From the NCBI RefSeq assembly GCF_009914755.1, contig NC_060935.1: a DNA stretch of 64,000 nucleotides, one strand, 5' to 3'. The notes under the pieces were generated by a model. The model did not search any database and was not told the origin of the DNA. It saw nothing but the letters and a program-made list of their open reading frames with translations. A program made the translations under genes and the position numbers. Shown here piece by piece: positions 40,491-54,095 of the stretch. Every line of letters starts with the position of its first letter. The first letter of the stretch is position 1. Origin of the DNA: the human T2T-CHM13v2.0 reference genome, Homo sapiens.

Positions 40491-41526
40491 GCTAAGTCTT
40501 TCACATGGAAGCTCCCAGCTGTCTCCACCCCTTCCACACTGCTCCCCACAAACCCCCGAGGCTCCTACAAAACACAACAGGACTCCCCAAACAGCCACAT
40601 CATCACCATCTCCATCATCGTCACTGACACTTATTGAGCACTTACTCTGTACCAGGCCCTGCTATAAAGTGTTGCCCGAGTATTCAATAGTTTAACTGCC
40701 ATGACCACCCAGGGAGTGGGGCACACTCCACTTCGCAGGCCCCTCCAGTGCAGCCAGGGGCACCCTCTGCCCTCCACTCCATTGAATGCCACTCCTCAAA
40801 GCCTTGCTCAGGGCCGTGGGAGCCCTCCTTGTACAACCAAAAAGACGCATTGCACGATTACCAGATAAAAACACAGTATACACAATCAGATTGGTCAGAG
40901 TGCACAGGGCCCTCACCAAGCCAGCACCGGTCCAGCCAAGCTGCACACACCTCCCCTTTGCTTGGCATCTGCAACAAATATGCCCAGGTGCAGGAGGACA
41001 CCTGTGCCCCCCTCCTCCCTGGCATCCAGCATCTTGCACAGGTCCAATTCCAATCATCATTTATGAAGTCTGCCTGGTAGCCAGGCCCGTGCCTCGACTG
41101 CAGGGATTAGAAGAATTCAGCAGGGCAGGGCCTCAGGATCCCGGGGATGGGGCGAAGGAGGAGCCCCAGGGTACTGAGCCTCCACAGGCTGGATGAGGGG
41201 CCCAGCACGTGGGTAGCTGTGAGGTGGGAACACATGGTCAGGCAATCCCTGTGACATTTATGTTGGGCCATGCATGTGCAGGGACAAGTGAGACTTGCAC
41301 CTTTCCCTAGGGTTAAACAGAGTAGCTCACAATGCCAATGAAGGGCCACAGGGACTGGCTGTTAATTGCTATTATTACTTTTAATTGTCTCTGCTCCTTA
41401 CACCCTCATGTGGCAGCTTTGTGCTGGCTGTCTAGGGAACTGCTGGGTGCTACCAGCTGATTGGTGCAGGATCCTGGCTGAAATCGGAGGCCAGGGCCAG
41501 AAGCAGAGAGGAGTGTGTAGTGGAAT

Positions 41527-41562
41527 GTGTGCGTGTGTGTGTACGCGTGTGTGTGTGTGTGT
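41527..41562. repeat. Interrupted (TG)n microsatellite
   Basis: tgtgtgcgtgtgtgtgtacgcgtgtgtgtgtgtgtgt. Confidence 0.9.
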
Positions 41563-41784
41563 ATTTACCAGAAAAAAAGACTATTTCAGTAAAGGAACCA
41601 TTTCTAGGCTAGGTAAGGTAGCCAGTGTGTCCCAGACTGGAGTTTCATGGACCAACAAAACTTTAAACAAAGAGAAAAAGGGTGTAGACTAACATAACAT
41701 TCACCAAGTTTTACATTTGGCTCAGTAAGGATATTAAGAACAGTAAATTCCCCTCTGATATCAAAATTGTAAGAAAAAGGAATC

Positions 41785-42082
41785 TTTTTTTTTCTTTTGA
41801 GATGGAGTCTCACTCTGTCATCCAGGCTGGAGTGCAGTGGTGCGATCTCAGCTCACTGTAAGCTCTGCCTTCCAGGTCACGCCATTCTCATGCCTCAGCC
41901 TCCCGAGTAGCTAGGACTACAGGTGCGTGCCACCACGCCCAGCTAATTTTTATATTTTTTTTTTCGTAGAGACGGGGTTTCACCGTGTTAGCCAGGATGG
42001 TCTCAATCTCCTGACCTCGTGATCCACCTGCCTCGGCCTCCCAAAGTGCTGGGATTACAGGTGTGAGCCACTGCACCCGGCC
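41785..42082 (-). mobile_element. Alu (AluY/Sc-like)
   Basis: Diagnostic caccgtgttagccaggatggtctc and gccattctc; imperfect AGAAAAAG target-site duplication. Confidence 0.94.
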
Positions 42083-42237
42083 AGAAAAAGAAGCCTTTAA
42101 AAGGACATTATCTCTGACTGCTTCATGCAGGAATCCCCCTGCACAGGCCTTCCCTGTCTCCTGGTTCCCAGAAACAGTTATACTTGGGCTCTGGGATATG
42201 GTCCCTAAGGGACAGGAAAGGGACCCTAAGGGACAAG

Positions 42238-43015
42238 ATCATTATCACCATCACCACTCCCATCATCATCACCACCACCCTCCATCATCACCACCATCAT
42301 CACCACCACCATCACCACCACCATCACCACCACCACCATCACCATAATTACTGCCATCATCACCATCATCATCACCACTATCATCATCATCAGCATCACC
42401 ATTACCATCATCATCACCACCACCACCATCTTCTTCACCATCATTACCAACATCATCACCGCCATCATCATCACCATCTTCTTCACCATCATCACCACCA
42501 TCACCACATCATCACCACCATCTTCTTCACCATCATCACCAACATCATCACCATAATTACTGCCATCACCACCACCATCATCACCACTATCATCATCATC
42601 ATTACCACCACCAGCGCATTCTTCACTATCATCACCAACATCATCACCACCATCATCATCATCACCACCATCTTCTTCACCATCATCACAATCACCATCA
42701 TCACCATCATCATCACCAACACCATCACCACCACCATCACCATCATCACCACCAACACCACCACCATCATCACCACCATCCTCTTCACCATCATCATCAT
42801 CACCACCATCACCACCAACATCATCACCACCATCATCACTATCATCACCACTAATCATCATCATGACCCCATCACCATCATCAGCACCACCATCCTCTTC
42901 TTCACCAGCATCATCACTAGCGTCATCACCACCATCATCAACCACTATGACCGCCACAATCATCTTCTTCACCATCATCATTGCCATTATCACTGTAATC
43001 ATTATCATCATCACT
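42238..43015. repeat. About 780 bp degenerate (CAT/CAC)n trinucleotide array
   Basis: Continuous catcac/caccac/catctt triplets; source of the poly-His, poly-Asp/Gly and poly-Met/Val ORFs in the track. Confidence 0.96.
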
Positions 43016-43159
43016 GCAGCAGAAGACACATTTATCTACTGTCAAGTGTGGAATGCTCTGCTAAATTATCTCATTTCATTAAAAGTAAGTCTTTACCCTT
43101 AATTGGTACTCACACAATATCCCAAAATAAGCAGATTTCTTGTCCCTGGTTTACAGAAG

Positions 43160-43385
43160 TAGCAGAGTGCAATGATAAGGGATGTGGGCTCCAAGGCCAG
43201 GCTGGCTCGATTCAGAACCCAGCTCTGCCACTTACTGGCTGCAAGTCCTCATTATTTCATCTTTAAAAGGATGATGATAGTAACAGTCCCTCCTTAAAGG
43301 GGAAGGATTGAGGAATCAATACATGTAAGGCACTAGAATGGTGCATGGCATGTTGAAAGTGCTATGTAATGTTAACTAATGCTGT
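43160..43385 (+). mobile_element. MIR SINE
   Basis: ttcagaacccagctctgccacttactggctg..catctttaaaaggatgatgatagta..atgtaaggcactagaa. Confidence 0.75.
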
Positions 43386-45189
43386 CGTGGTCATACATTA
43401 GATTAGAAACCTCTGCCTCCCAAGGTGGCCTCTCAAGGTCATGGAGTCTGTCAGCAGCAGTGTGGGCCTCCGACCTCAGATCTGTGCCTCCACAATCAGT
43501 GCTGACAGCAACCAATGGCCATAGTTGGTGATCCACTTACCAGGGGCCACACGTATTCTAGGTGTGTGTGCTTCACCTGTCTGAGCTCAGTAACGTTGCT
43601 GTGTCTGGTTTACGGGTGAGGAGGGGGAGGCTCACAGAGTTTGAGTGAGTCACCCAGCCAGGAAGTGGCAGAGCCCATTGTGGTGCAGCCTCCGGGGGCA
43701 GTACCCATATAGGGCTCCTGGGAGGTGGCATCTCATGAGCGACCCGTGTAAATCCAGGTGGTCTTCTTAACTCTGCCACATCCTGTGGAGGTGCCCTCAG
43801 CAGCCTCGGTTTCTAACCTGGAAAAAGCGGGGTGGGCTAGACGGCCCTTGGGACCCTGCCCCCAGTGTTACAGTGCACACCTCATGGCATGTCCAGGCTT
43901 GGCCCCCTGGGACTTGCTGTGCACTGCGCTGAGAGGCAAGGGCTGCTGGGCTGCCCCTTCCCAAGGCTCCCTGGATCTCACTGGTGAAAACGTGGGTCAC
44001 AAATAAAACACCCTGAGGCAGACGAGGGGAGGAGCAGGAGGTCAGGGGCCACACCAGCCTCCCTGTGCACCAGTGACAACAAAGGATGCTGGCTGTTTCC
44101 TGCCGCTGAGAGGTCAGCTTCCCAGGTGCCGGGGCCCGAGGTCAATTCTGCCTCAGAGCTGACCACACCTTCAGCCGCGCATGCACCTGCTCACCTGGCT
44201 GGCCACATCCTCCCTGTCTTCTGTGGGACCAGCCCTTTCTCAGCTCCAGCCATGTGGTCAGGTGATGCCACCCTGCCCCCTCCCCACCTGACTGCCCAGC
44301 CCTGGGCTCCTGCAGTTCCCATGGGAGCCTGGCTGGAATGTCCCTTTGATCCCAGTGAGTGACGGGCTCAGGGGAGGGGCCTGGGACCACAGCGGGGACA
44401 ATGCCGCCCTACTCCTGCTGCTGGGGTTCCCACGCCTCAGGCCACAGAGGGAGGCCAGCCTCCTGAGGGGGATACCCATGTGCAGGATGGCACAGGGCTC
44501 GGGAGGAAGAAGGGCAGGAACAGAGACAGAGAGACCCAGAGAGACGGGCGACTGCCCTAGAGACACAGCTGGAAACCCTGGACACAGCCATGCCTGGCTT
44601 CTCACTTGTACAAACTAAATGCATATCCTTGGTGGTATAAAAAAACTTGGCTTTCTGTTGTTTACAATGGAAAGAACTAGGAATGATGCAGTAATGCATT
44701 TAATAGTTGTGCTGCTGCACTGCGTGGCTAAGAAACTGCCGTGGCTACATAGCTTCTCTGGGGACACAGCCGCTTCCCTTCCCCATGGGAAGGTCCTGGT
44801 GAGGCTGACCCTCAGGAGGCCAAGCAGCCCACCCGGCACACAGGGGTGCATATGTGGGTGTGGTCTAGGGATCCTGCTGGACTCTCCTGGGCCCTGTCAT
44901 TAGCAGTAAGTGACCCAGGGCCCACTTAAGGACAGGTGGCTTTTTTTCTGAGATGTTCTGTAGTCTGACTGCTGAGAAAGGTGATCTTGGCTTCCTTTTA
45001 GAGATGCGAGGAAGGACACGGGCTATGGCCACCATTCAAAGCACAGGGAGGGAGTGAGTCCAGCAATGAAGCCAGCTCATGGCGGAAGACAGAACCAAGT
45101 TCAAGGTCTGGGGTCAGGGAGAGATGGACACAAAAGACCTTGATGCTAGGAGTCCCTGGATTGTGGCTTGTGGTGGTCACTGAGGCTAC

Positions 45190-45698
45190 TAATCAAATAC
45201 TTCTGGCTTTCCACCAGGGCGCATGTGGTCAGACACTACTTCTTAGCTCTCCTGTGGTTGAGTAGGCCCTTGAAATTAATTTTGGCCAGTGAATTTTGAG
45301 AGGAAGTGAATTCTGTTATTTCCTGGCTGGAGGTTTTAATTCCAAATGCAAGACCCCCACCCACCAGCATTGTCTTTTTGTCCTTGGGCATGGCCACCAA
45401 AACATTTGAGAAGCTGGTGGTTCTATTAGTCTGGGTCCTCAAGTCACCCCCTGTTGATGTATGATGGGCATAAGGTGTGAATGAGAAAGAAACTTTTGTT
45501 GTTCCAAACCACAGAGATTGGGGAATTTTTTATTTTTTATTTTTTTAAGGCTAGTCAGGTGAAGCAGTGGGAATGGAGAAGGAACAAACAAAATCTGTAA
45601 CTGGTTGTGATCAATGAGTTGTAAACACTGCTGCACTCAGAGCAGCCAAGGGGAATGCTTGTTACTGCAGCTTCATATAGGGCAAGCTGACTGATACA
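45190..45698 (+). mobile_element. Old ERVL/MaLR LTR interrupted by the Y3 retrocopy
   Basis: tttggccagtgaa..gaggaagtga; gagaaagaaacttttgttg..aaccacagagatt[Y3]gcttgttactgcagc..gctgactgataca. Confidence 0.65.
45547..45647 (-). pseudogene. Y3 RNA (RNY3) processed pseudogene
   Basis: Minus strand GGCTGCTCTGAGTGCAGCAGTGTTTACAACTCATTGATCACAACCAGTTACAGATTTTGTTTGTTCCTTCTCCATTCCCACTGCTTCACCTGACTAGCCTT is a near full-length hY3 with scattered substitutions; A-rich tail at 45526-45546; flanking GGGGAAT direct repeat. Confidence 0.93.
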
Positions 45699-46410
45699 CA
45701 TCTCCATGGCCCTCTTAGTCCTGTGGGCCAGTACATCCTAGGCAGAGATGGGTTTCTGTCACCAGCAACCAAAATTGTCCTAGCAAGTATAGGAGGGAAG
45801 ACCAGACAAAATCAAGGCAAAGGCTGAGTTTGGCCTCCTCTGAGAGAATGGCTGTACTTTCTAGGAGAAAAGGAAAAAACCACCTACTAGACAATGGAAA
45901 TGGATCCCATTAAGCATGGCCAGAACACAGCATAGCAGCAGGCACTTTATGTGTCTCAGAGGAGACCCCTCTGCCTGTGATAAAGAAGCCAGGGAAGCCA
46001 ACCATCCAAGAGGGAAGTATTGACTTGTCTGCTTCCTTAACCATGGAGAAACTTCTTGACGTCAAAACCAAGCTTCCAACCAGGCCTTCCTCCCAGTCAG
46101 TGCTGGGATCAGTGCATCATATAGCAAGGGCTCAGCAATGTTTGTAGTGCTCCACATACATGGAGGCTAGCAGTTACTACCACTCTAGTCTGAACCACCA
46201 TGATCTTGCACCTGGACTGTTGCAGCAGCCTCCTGCCTCCTTGCTTCCATGCTTGCCCTTCCCTTTACTGATACACATTCTATAGACAATAGAATGAGCT
46301 TTTAAAAAATGTAAATCAGGTGATTTTCAACTCTGCTGCTTAACGTTTTCCAACAGCTTCCCAATGCAACCAGAGTCACGTTCAAGCTGCCTTCTATGGC
46401 ACAAGCCAGA

Positions 46411-46496
46411 CACCACGTGGCCCTGCCTGCTCCCTGGCTCATCTCCCACCGCTCACCACGTGGCCCTGCCTGCTCCCTGGCTCATCTCCCACCGCT
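46411..46496. repeat. Perfect 43-bp tandem duplication within L2-like sequence
   Basis: caccacgtggccctgcctgctccctggctcatctcccaccgct x2. Confidence 0.95.
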
Positions 46497-47416
46497 CTCC
46501 CCTCCTCGGTCCCCCCAGCCGTGTTAGCCTCCTCTTTGTCTCTTGAACAAGTCGAGCTCATTCACACCTCAGGGCCTTTGTGTGTGCTTAACTCTGCCTG
46601 GAACATTCCTTCCCCAGCTCACATTTCACTGCAATGCTAGCTCTCCAGATCCTACAACACAGCCTGGCGCATAGCGGGCACTCAGTAACTCTGGAGAAAG
46701 TGAGCGAATGGGTCAAAGCCACACACCCTTGGACCCTTTGCTCATATTCCACCGTTGGCCACGTCATCTCCTTGGGTCTGAATGGGGCAAGTTGGAGATA
46801 CAGGAAGCTGGATGATTACAGCTCCAGCTGGGGATTGCCGAGGCAGGGGACACAGCCCTGGCTGGGGCAGTGGCTGGCTGTGACCTCCTCACTTTGCATC
46901 TCTGGGCCTTCCCCTTCTCAGCTGTGAAGTGGGCCGGTGGGACTAAACAGCTCCTTAGGCTCTTGAACTTGTCAACCCGACACATCCCTCTGGGTGTAAG
47001 GCGACTCACCCCATGTCCCAGGAGAGGGCCATCGGTCCAGACACCTCACACATGCAGCATTTGAGCATGCAGGGCCTGAAAGCTGTTTTCTGAGTATGGC
47101 CTAGAAAAATCTACACTGTAAGGAAAAAAAAAAAAGGCCAAACCTAGAAATCCCACTTAATATACCTTTTGGGACTCACGAGAGGCAGTGACAGATTGCA
47201 TGACAAGCTTCAGACTGTCAGCATTTAAAATAGACCTTTAAGCAGGGCTGCTGGAAAGAGGATGCTGTACAGCTTGGCAAGGAAGCCAAGATGGAGCATC
47301 TGGGGAGATTCCAGTGGCCTCTGATCCTGCGCTCTGACTGTTTCTGGAAAAGGAAATAAGAGGATTTTTCTCAAAGAAATTTACTAAGACACTGAAAGGC
47401 CAAAAGCTAATCTTTA

Positions 47417-47779
<363 letters not shown>

Positions 47780-48653
47780 AGAGATAGAAGGTGAGAGGTG
47801 AGGACAGGGTCCTGTGAGCATGCTGACCTCTACACTCCAGCCACATTCCATGGGCAGTGGTCCCCTCTGTTCATGAGACACACGTGGACAGACAGAGGCA
47901 GGAAGGATACACAACAGTCCATCTTTAGACAAGACAAGCTCGAGCTTAAATCTCTCGCTAGCTACACAACCCCAAGCAGCAAACCATCTCCCTCCAAGCC
48001 TCAGTTTTCTCAACTGTGCCCTGGGCCAAGAGCAGAGTTTACAGGGCTGCACTGAGGACAAGATGAATGCACACTTCTAAATAAATCCTTTCCCCAGCAT
48101 CCGGCCTGGGGAAGCCGTCGAGTCACGTTGGCTACTGTTGTCTGTCCAGGAATCCAGCTTGGACGTTCTGGTCTACAAGTCTCTCTGAAAACATCCCCCT
48201 GCCCTTTGCAGACAGGAAGCTCTGCTCCCTGACCACCTCTGTACCACCTCACCCCACGCCCCAGTTACAGAGGGCTGGGCCATGAGATGGCACCTGTGTC
48301 AAGCCAGGCCAATCATCAGAACCTCCCCTGGGAATCTGGAGTAGATGTGGACAGTCTGCTCCCGGTGTGCACCGAGGACATCACAGCTGGGGCGACAAGG
48401 CTGTCACCACACAGCACCAGTGGAGGGAGGCATGTGCTTCCAGGGCCTCAGGAGGCAGGGCCCTGCCTTCTGCCCTCGATGACCAGGAAAAGCCCTGGCG
48501 TCCCTAGACCAAGGTCCATTTCTTCATGCAACCCAGCTCAGGCAAGCTTTGTATTTCTTGCAATGGGAGGAGTGCCATCTTTCAGTCTGTCTGTCAAGCT
48601 GGGTGGAACCTGTTGTTACCCAAGACGTCATCTCAGGTCCTGGCTCGGTGGCC

Positions 48654-48748
48654 CATTTCTCCCGATGGACTGCCCTGGACACTGCATTTCTCCTGATGGA
48701 CGGCCCTGGACACTGCATTTCTCCCGATGGACTGCCCTGGACACTGCA
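48654..48748. repeat. 31-bp minisatellite, 3 copies
   Basis: catttctcc(c/t)gatggac(t/g)gccctggacactg x3. Confidence 0.95.
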
Positions 48749-49129
48749 GGGCTTTGGGCATCCTTGCCTCCAATCTCTAAACATTGGGATTCAAGATGAC
48801 AACCAAGTAACGTCCCCTCCACGTTTCCAATCAGTCCCCGCACTCCCCCACCACGAGAGCCACATGCCGCAGACATTTCTGGGTTACTTTTTGTCAAAGG
48901 GCAGTGACAATGACCAGACAGAGGGCACTGAACAGGCAGGGGTCAGATGTCTCCTGTGTCCATGACAAAGACAGTGAGGCCCCGAGGTTTGGCCAAGGAC
49001 CTTAAGGCTGACTTCAAATGACCACAGAGCACTTCCGGGTCAGGCAGCCTTGGATCGTCTGCCTTGGCTGGGAGCCGCTCCTCCAAGCCCTTTGAGGGGT
49101 CCCAGATGATAATATACTGAGCTTTTTCA

Positions 49130-49609
<480 letters not shown>

Positions 49610-50819
49610 CTAAGAATTCCGATGTAGGCGAATTCTGAATGGGACAGTTCAAAAGGTGACTGCAGAGAGCTGAGTCACATCAGCTAAAGCCCTGAACACA
49701 CATGAACACGGGCCCAGGAGCCTGGGCAGGTTATTTGACTGTGTCCTCTGCCACATGGCAGGACCTTAGCTAATGCTGGCTATTGCCAAGTCTCCTGCTG
49801 GGAATAGGGAGCAGGGGAGAACCCTGAAGGTTGAGGTCAGGTCTGACCTGGCTGAGGAAGGAGGAGGAAGTCTCAGCAGAGATGGGGAAATATCATATGT
49901 CAGCTATAGCTTGACAGAGCCTACTCGGTGACCACAGCCATCCTGACATCCCATGGGTAAATGCTCAGGACAAGCCCTAGAAAAATTCTGTAGGATGCCC
50001 ATTTCACAGACACGGACACTGAGGCAGAGCATAGTTAAGGGAAGGCTTAGCGCACACACTCAGTGTTGGGCCGATGGAGCGTGTGGCCGTGGCAGAGACA
50101 GCTGGCAAAGGTACGCAAGTATCATGAGATTTGGGGTTGGGGAAGAGACTTGGGGGAGCCCTGGCGAGCGAGTCCATGTGACGGCTGAGCACAGAGGCTG
50201 GGGAGAGAGGAGAGAAGAGGAGCCAGCCGCAGGCCTCAGGTCACCAGTGGGGCGGGTGGGCTCCGGGGGTCCAGGGTAGGATGTCCTCGGAGCTGAGTCT
50301 ATGCTTTCAGGGACGGAGGGGGACAGGTGGTGAGAACGGTTCCCACGGAGAAGTAAAGGAGGATGAACACTGAGATTCCCTGGCTGCTGGACTTGAAATT
50401 CAGAGGCCAGGAAAGGGTGGGGCAGCAGAAGAGGTTTTCTAGGCGCTCTCCCAGATCAAAACCCACCACCACCTTTGCACTGAAAACCCCTGTCCTGAGA
50501 TGAACGCGATTTTAGGGCTGCTGAGCGCCTCCTCAGTGGCCGTGGGAAGACAGGGCCTTGACCCCTACTGGCTCTCCCCACACCTGGGGGCTGTGCCGTC
50601 CCCTCAGGCGGGCCTGGCTCCCTCTTCACAACGGCCTAAGAGCTGCCGCACGACAAGTGACCAGGCTCTGAAGTCAAGGGTGAGCAACCACTGCACACAA
50701 CCTTTGACCTGCAGAGAGGACTGTAGGAGACTGTGTCCCACTGCCCCCTCTCGGCTATGGAATGGGGTAGGAGGGAAGCTTAAAACCCAAGGAGGGCTGC
50801 AGACACCCTGCTGAATGCG

Positions 50820-51290
50820 GACTGTGCCGGAGCATATGAGGCCGGCGAGGGAGGCAGAACTGACAATGCCCCCTAGACCTTCGCCCCCTGGCATCACCCC
50901 CACAGTAATGTCAGGGTTGATGGTGAAAGGGGGATTATCAGGTGGGACCGAACTAATCTCATCATCTCATGAGCCCTTTGAAAGCAAGTACTTTTCTCTG
51001 GCGGGTGGCAGAAGGGGAAGTCGGAGAGACTAGAAGAGTTGGGGAGGCCAGTCCCATAGACTCAGGGAGCCAAATCCTGCCCACAACCTGAATGTGACCA
51101 GAGGCAGACTCCTCCCCGAGCCTGCAGCTAAGGGCCCAGGCCTCAGACCCCTCCACCGGAGCCCTGTGAGAGCCTGGGCAGAGAACCCAGTCCAGCTGCC
51201 TGACTTTGGACTCACAGAGCCTCGGGGTCGGGGGTGTGAGCAGACACGCCTGTGGTCACGGGTTCTGCAGCACAGGAAACGGAGGGAACT
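50820..51290 (+). mobile_element. MaLR LTR (MLT1E/F-like)
   Basis: gattatcaggtgggacc.aactaatc..atgagccctttgaaagc..ttttctctggc..ggcagaaggggaagtc; ctgtgagagcc..gcagagaacccag. Confidence 0.7.
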
Positions 51291-52319
51291 GGGGCTGCAG
51301 GTTCCTTCACAGATCTTTTTTTTCTTTTCCTGAAGATTTATCTGCAATCTCACCCAAGACAGAGATTGAAAAAGAGAGAGAGAGAGGGAGGGAGAGGCAT
51401 GTGGGTGAAGGGAATTCCCAGAACATCTTCCCTTCTTCCCTCCCTTGAAATCCATCATCCTCTCTGAACTCTCACTCTTCACTCTTCATCCCAAAGAGGC
51501 AAAAATCACAGCAGTGGGCTCTGGGGCGGGGTGGGGTCCCCAGGACTTCCGTGTCATCCTGGTTGTGATTGCTGAGCTCCTGCAACGTGCAGCCTTGAGT
51601 CCGCTCTGGCCACCCTTCCTGCCGTTTAGAGGGCTCAGGGTCACCCGGGTGGCAACGTGGCTGGGCTGTCCAGCTCCGAATCCCCCCAGTGCTGCACCCG
51701 AACGCCTCCCTCCCACGCAGCCTCCTGCCGTCTCCGCAGGTTTTAAATCAGACGCCGCTCAGGCTGTGCCCAGGCTGCTGAGCCAAAAGCGGGATCAGAA
51801 CCACAAGGAGGAAGAAATTACTGATGGGGATGAAAGACCGAAATAACTTTTCTTTTTTAAAACCAAAGATGCTGATGGGCTCCTTGCAAGGCAGAGGAAC
51901 ACACAGGCAGCAGTGCCGCAGGCAGGAATGCTAGGAGTGTGCGGGGCTTGGAGCCAGCACGCCCGCCCGGCCTCCAGGCTCAGGACTCCACTCTTGGGGC
52001 CCAGTCTCTGCTCTGGCAAGCTGTTGGGTATGGGACCCACCGCGAGGGGGACAGAAGGGCGGGGACCCTGGCTCTCAGAACTACCCAACTGAGAGGCACA
52101 GAGCTTTGATTTGAAAAGCAACACGTATCACAAAAATGCCGCCAACTGGCTCGGCTCACTTGTTCCTTTTCTCAATCAGCAGCAGATCATTCATCAAGCA
52201 CCTTCTGGGCTCCCGGGACTGACCTTGCAGGGGAGGGGAAGAGAAAATAAGGACCCTGTGCAGAATGCCCAGGCACACGTCACAGCACACGGACCTCGTG
52301 GGGATGGTGGCCTGGGCTC

Positions 52320-52800
52320 CTGCAGCTGCCGGCACAGACGACCAGGCTCGGTGGCCTCAAACAACACAAACGTCTCCCCTTACAGAGCTGCAGGCTGGAA
52401 GTCTGACCAGGTCTCTGGGCTGAAGTTAGGGCGTTTGTGGAGCTTCCTTCCTGCTGGAGGCTCCTGGAGTGTGGGGGATCCACTTGCTTCCCCCGCCCGG
52501 CTTCCAGAGGCTGCGGTGTTCCTCGGATCCTGGCCACTGCCTCCACCTTCAAAGCCAGCAAAAGCGGGACAAGTCCTTCCCCCCACTGCATTGCATCCCT
52601 CTGACTCTCAGCCCTATGCCTCCTTTCCCACATTTAAGGACCCTTGGGGTCACACTGAACCCATCCAGATAACCCTCAGCTGACAGCAACCTGAGTTCCC
52701 TCTCCGACCTCCACTCCACGTGACCATGAGGCTGATGTATTCAGAGCTTCTGGACATTAGGACGTGAACATCTCTGGGGGCCGCTATTGTGCCCACCATA
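52320..52800 (-). mobile_element. MaLR LTR (MLT1C/D-like)
   Basis: ggtggcctcaaacaaca..cttacag..ggctggaagtc..catttaaggacccttgg..acccatccagataa..ggacattaggacgtgaacatctctgggggcc. Confidence 0.78.
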
Positions 52801-54038
52801 ACCACAAAGAGACCATCCCTGTCAGACAGCACAGCTGGGCAGGCTGTGCTCTGAAAACTGTTTACCTCCCCATCAGCAACAGAGCTCAGAACTTTCAACA
52901 GGACAGAAACTATGAGGGTGGCAGAGAAGCGGCTTCCAGGAAATGCACTTCCCTGTTCCCAGATACAAACAACACTCAGTTCCAATTCGGATTCTGCCAC
53001 TTATGGTGAGCCCTAGGGCGGGGCCCAGTTCCTGGAGACTCCTCCTGCAATGGGTGGGCGTGGCCCTCACTCAGACTGAGCCGCCAGCACGATGGTTCCT
53101 CGCTCGGCTAAAAGCGCCCAGCTCTGCACCAACAGCCCTTTTCCTGGTCTGCACCACATGCTCAGGGGGCCACGCTCCCCTTCCTGGAATCACACTGGTT
53201 TCCAGTAGTGGAAGCTGCCTATCTGCTGGAATTCAGCACCAACAAGCACCCGAGTCCATAGTTCCACTTGTTCCCAGCTCCCTGGAAGATCGTGGTTCCT
53301 CCCATGTGCGCACATGTGTATGGCGTGTGTCATCCGCCCTGCTCCTCTTTGCTCGATGCTGGGAAGAACAGCCTCGTGTCACACGCCTGGGTAAGACCCC
53401 AGCAGCGAGGTGCAGGGGAAGTTTGCCAAAAGAATCACGTGCTTTGAATTCCCTTAACATTGGCATGGGTTTGTGTGTGGGCAGGGGAGGCACCAGCCCT
53501 GTCGGGCACGTGCCAGTGGGTCCTCAGCACTCTGACACCACACAAGGGCCAGATCTATGGACTCCAAATCCAGGGGCCAAGGAAGCAGGTGCCAGCATGC
53601 TGGGCTGTGTTTCCATCCTCCAATAAACAGAAATCACTTCAGAGAGCCGGCTCCGTCTGCTCCTGGCACAGTTGGTTTTTCTTAGTCATCTCAGGAAATT
53701 GTTGGTTGTACTGCAAGATGAGTGAAGCACCTTAAGAAGAACACGGGTTACAGTACTGACTTGCCACTTTACGAAGCAGTCTTTTTGCCAAGCGTAGCTG
53801 TGTCCGCTTTCACAGAACCCCCGTAGCAGCAGGGCTTGGGCGTGGAGCAGCCAAGGCCCACGTAGCAGTGGCTTCATGTACGGAGCCGAGGGGGAGGCTC
53901 ACAGGTTGGCTGAGGGTGTCCAGCAAGGCAGTGGCTCAGTTGCATGTTCCACTGATCATCGGAAAGCCAGGGTGAGGTGTCAGCCTCCAAGAGTCTGAGG
54001 AAGAGAATGGGAGGGAGATGCCTCCAGGCGGCAGAGCT

Positions 54039-54095
54039 GTCACAGCGCCGGGTGTCCGTCACAGCACCGGGTGTCCGTCACAGCGCCGGGTGTCC
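54039..54095. repeat. 19-bp minisatellite, 3 copies
   Basis: gtcacagc(g/a)ccgggtgtcc x3. Confidence 0.93.

Noticed and set aside
42184-43266. 360-aa poly-His ORF and the overlapping 267-aa and 116-aa antisense ORFs
   Set aside because: Artefacts of a stop-free CAT/CAC triplet repeat; no splice or promoter support.
48654-48748. 31-bp repeats as a CRISPR-like array
   Set aside because: Head-to-tail copies with no unique spacers, in eukaryotic intronic DNA.
53231-53251. REST/NRSE site (ttcagcaccaacaagcacc)
   Set aside because: Only the left half-site matches; the GGACAG right half is absent.
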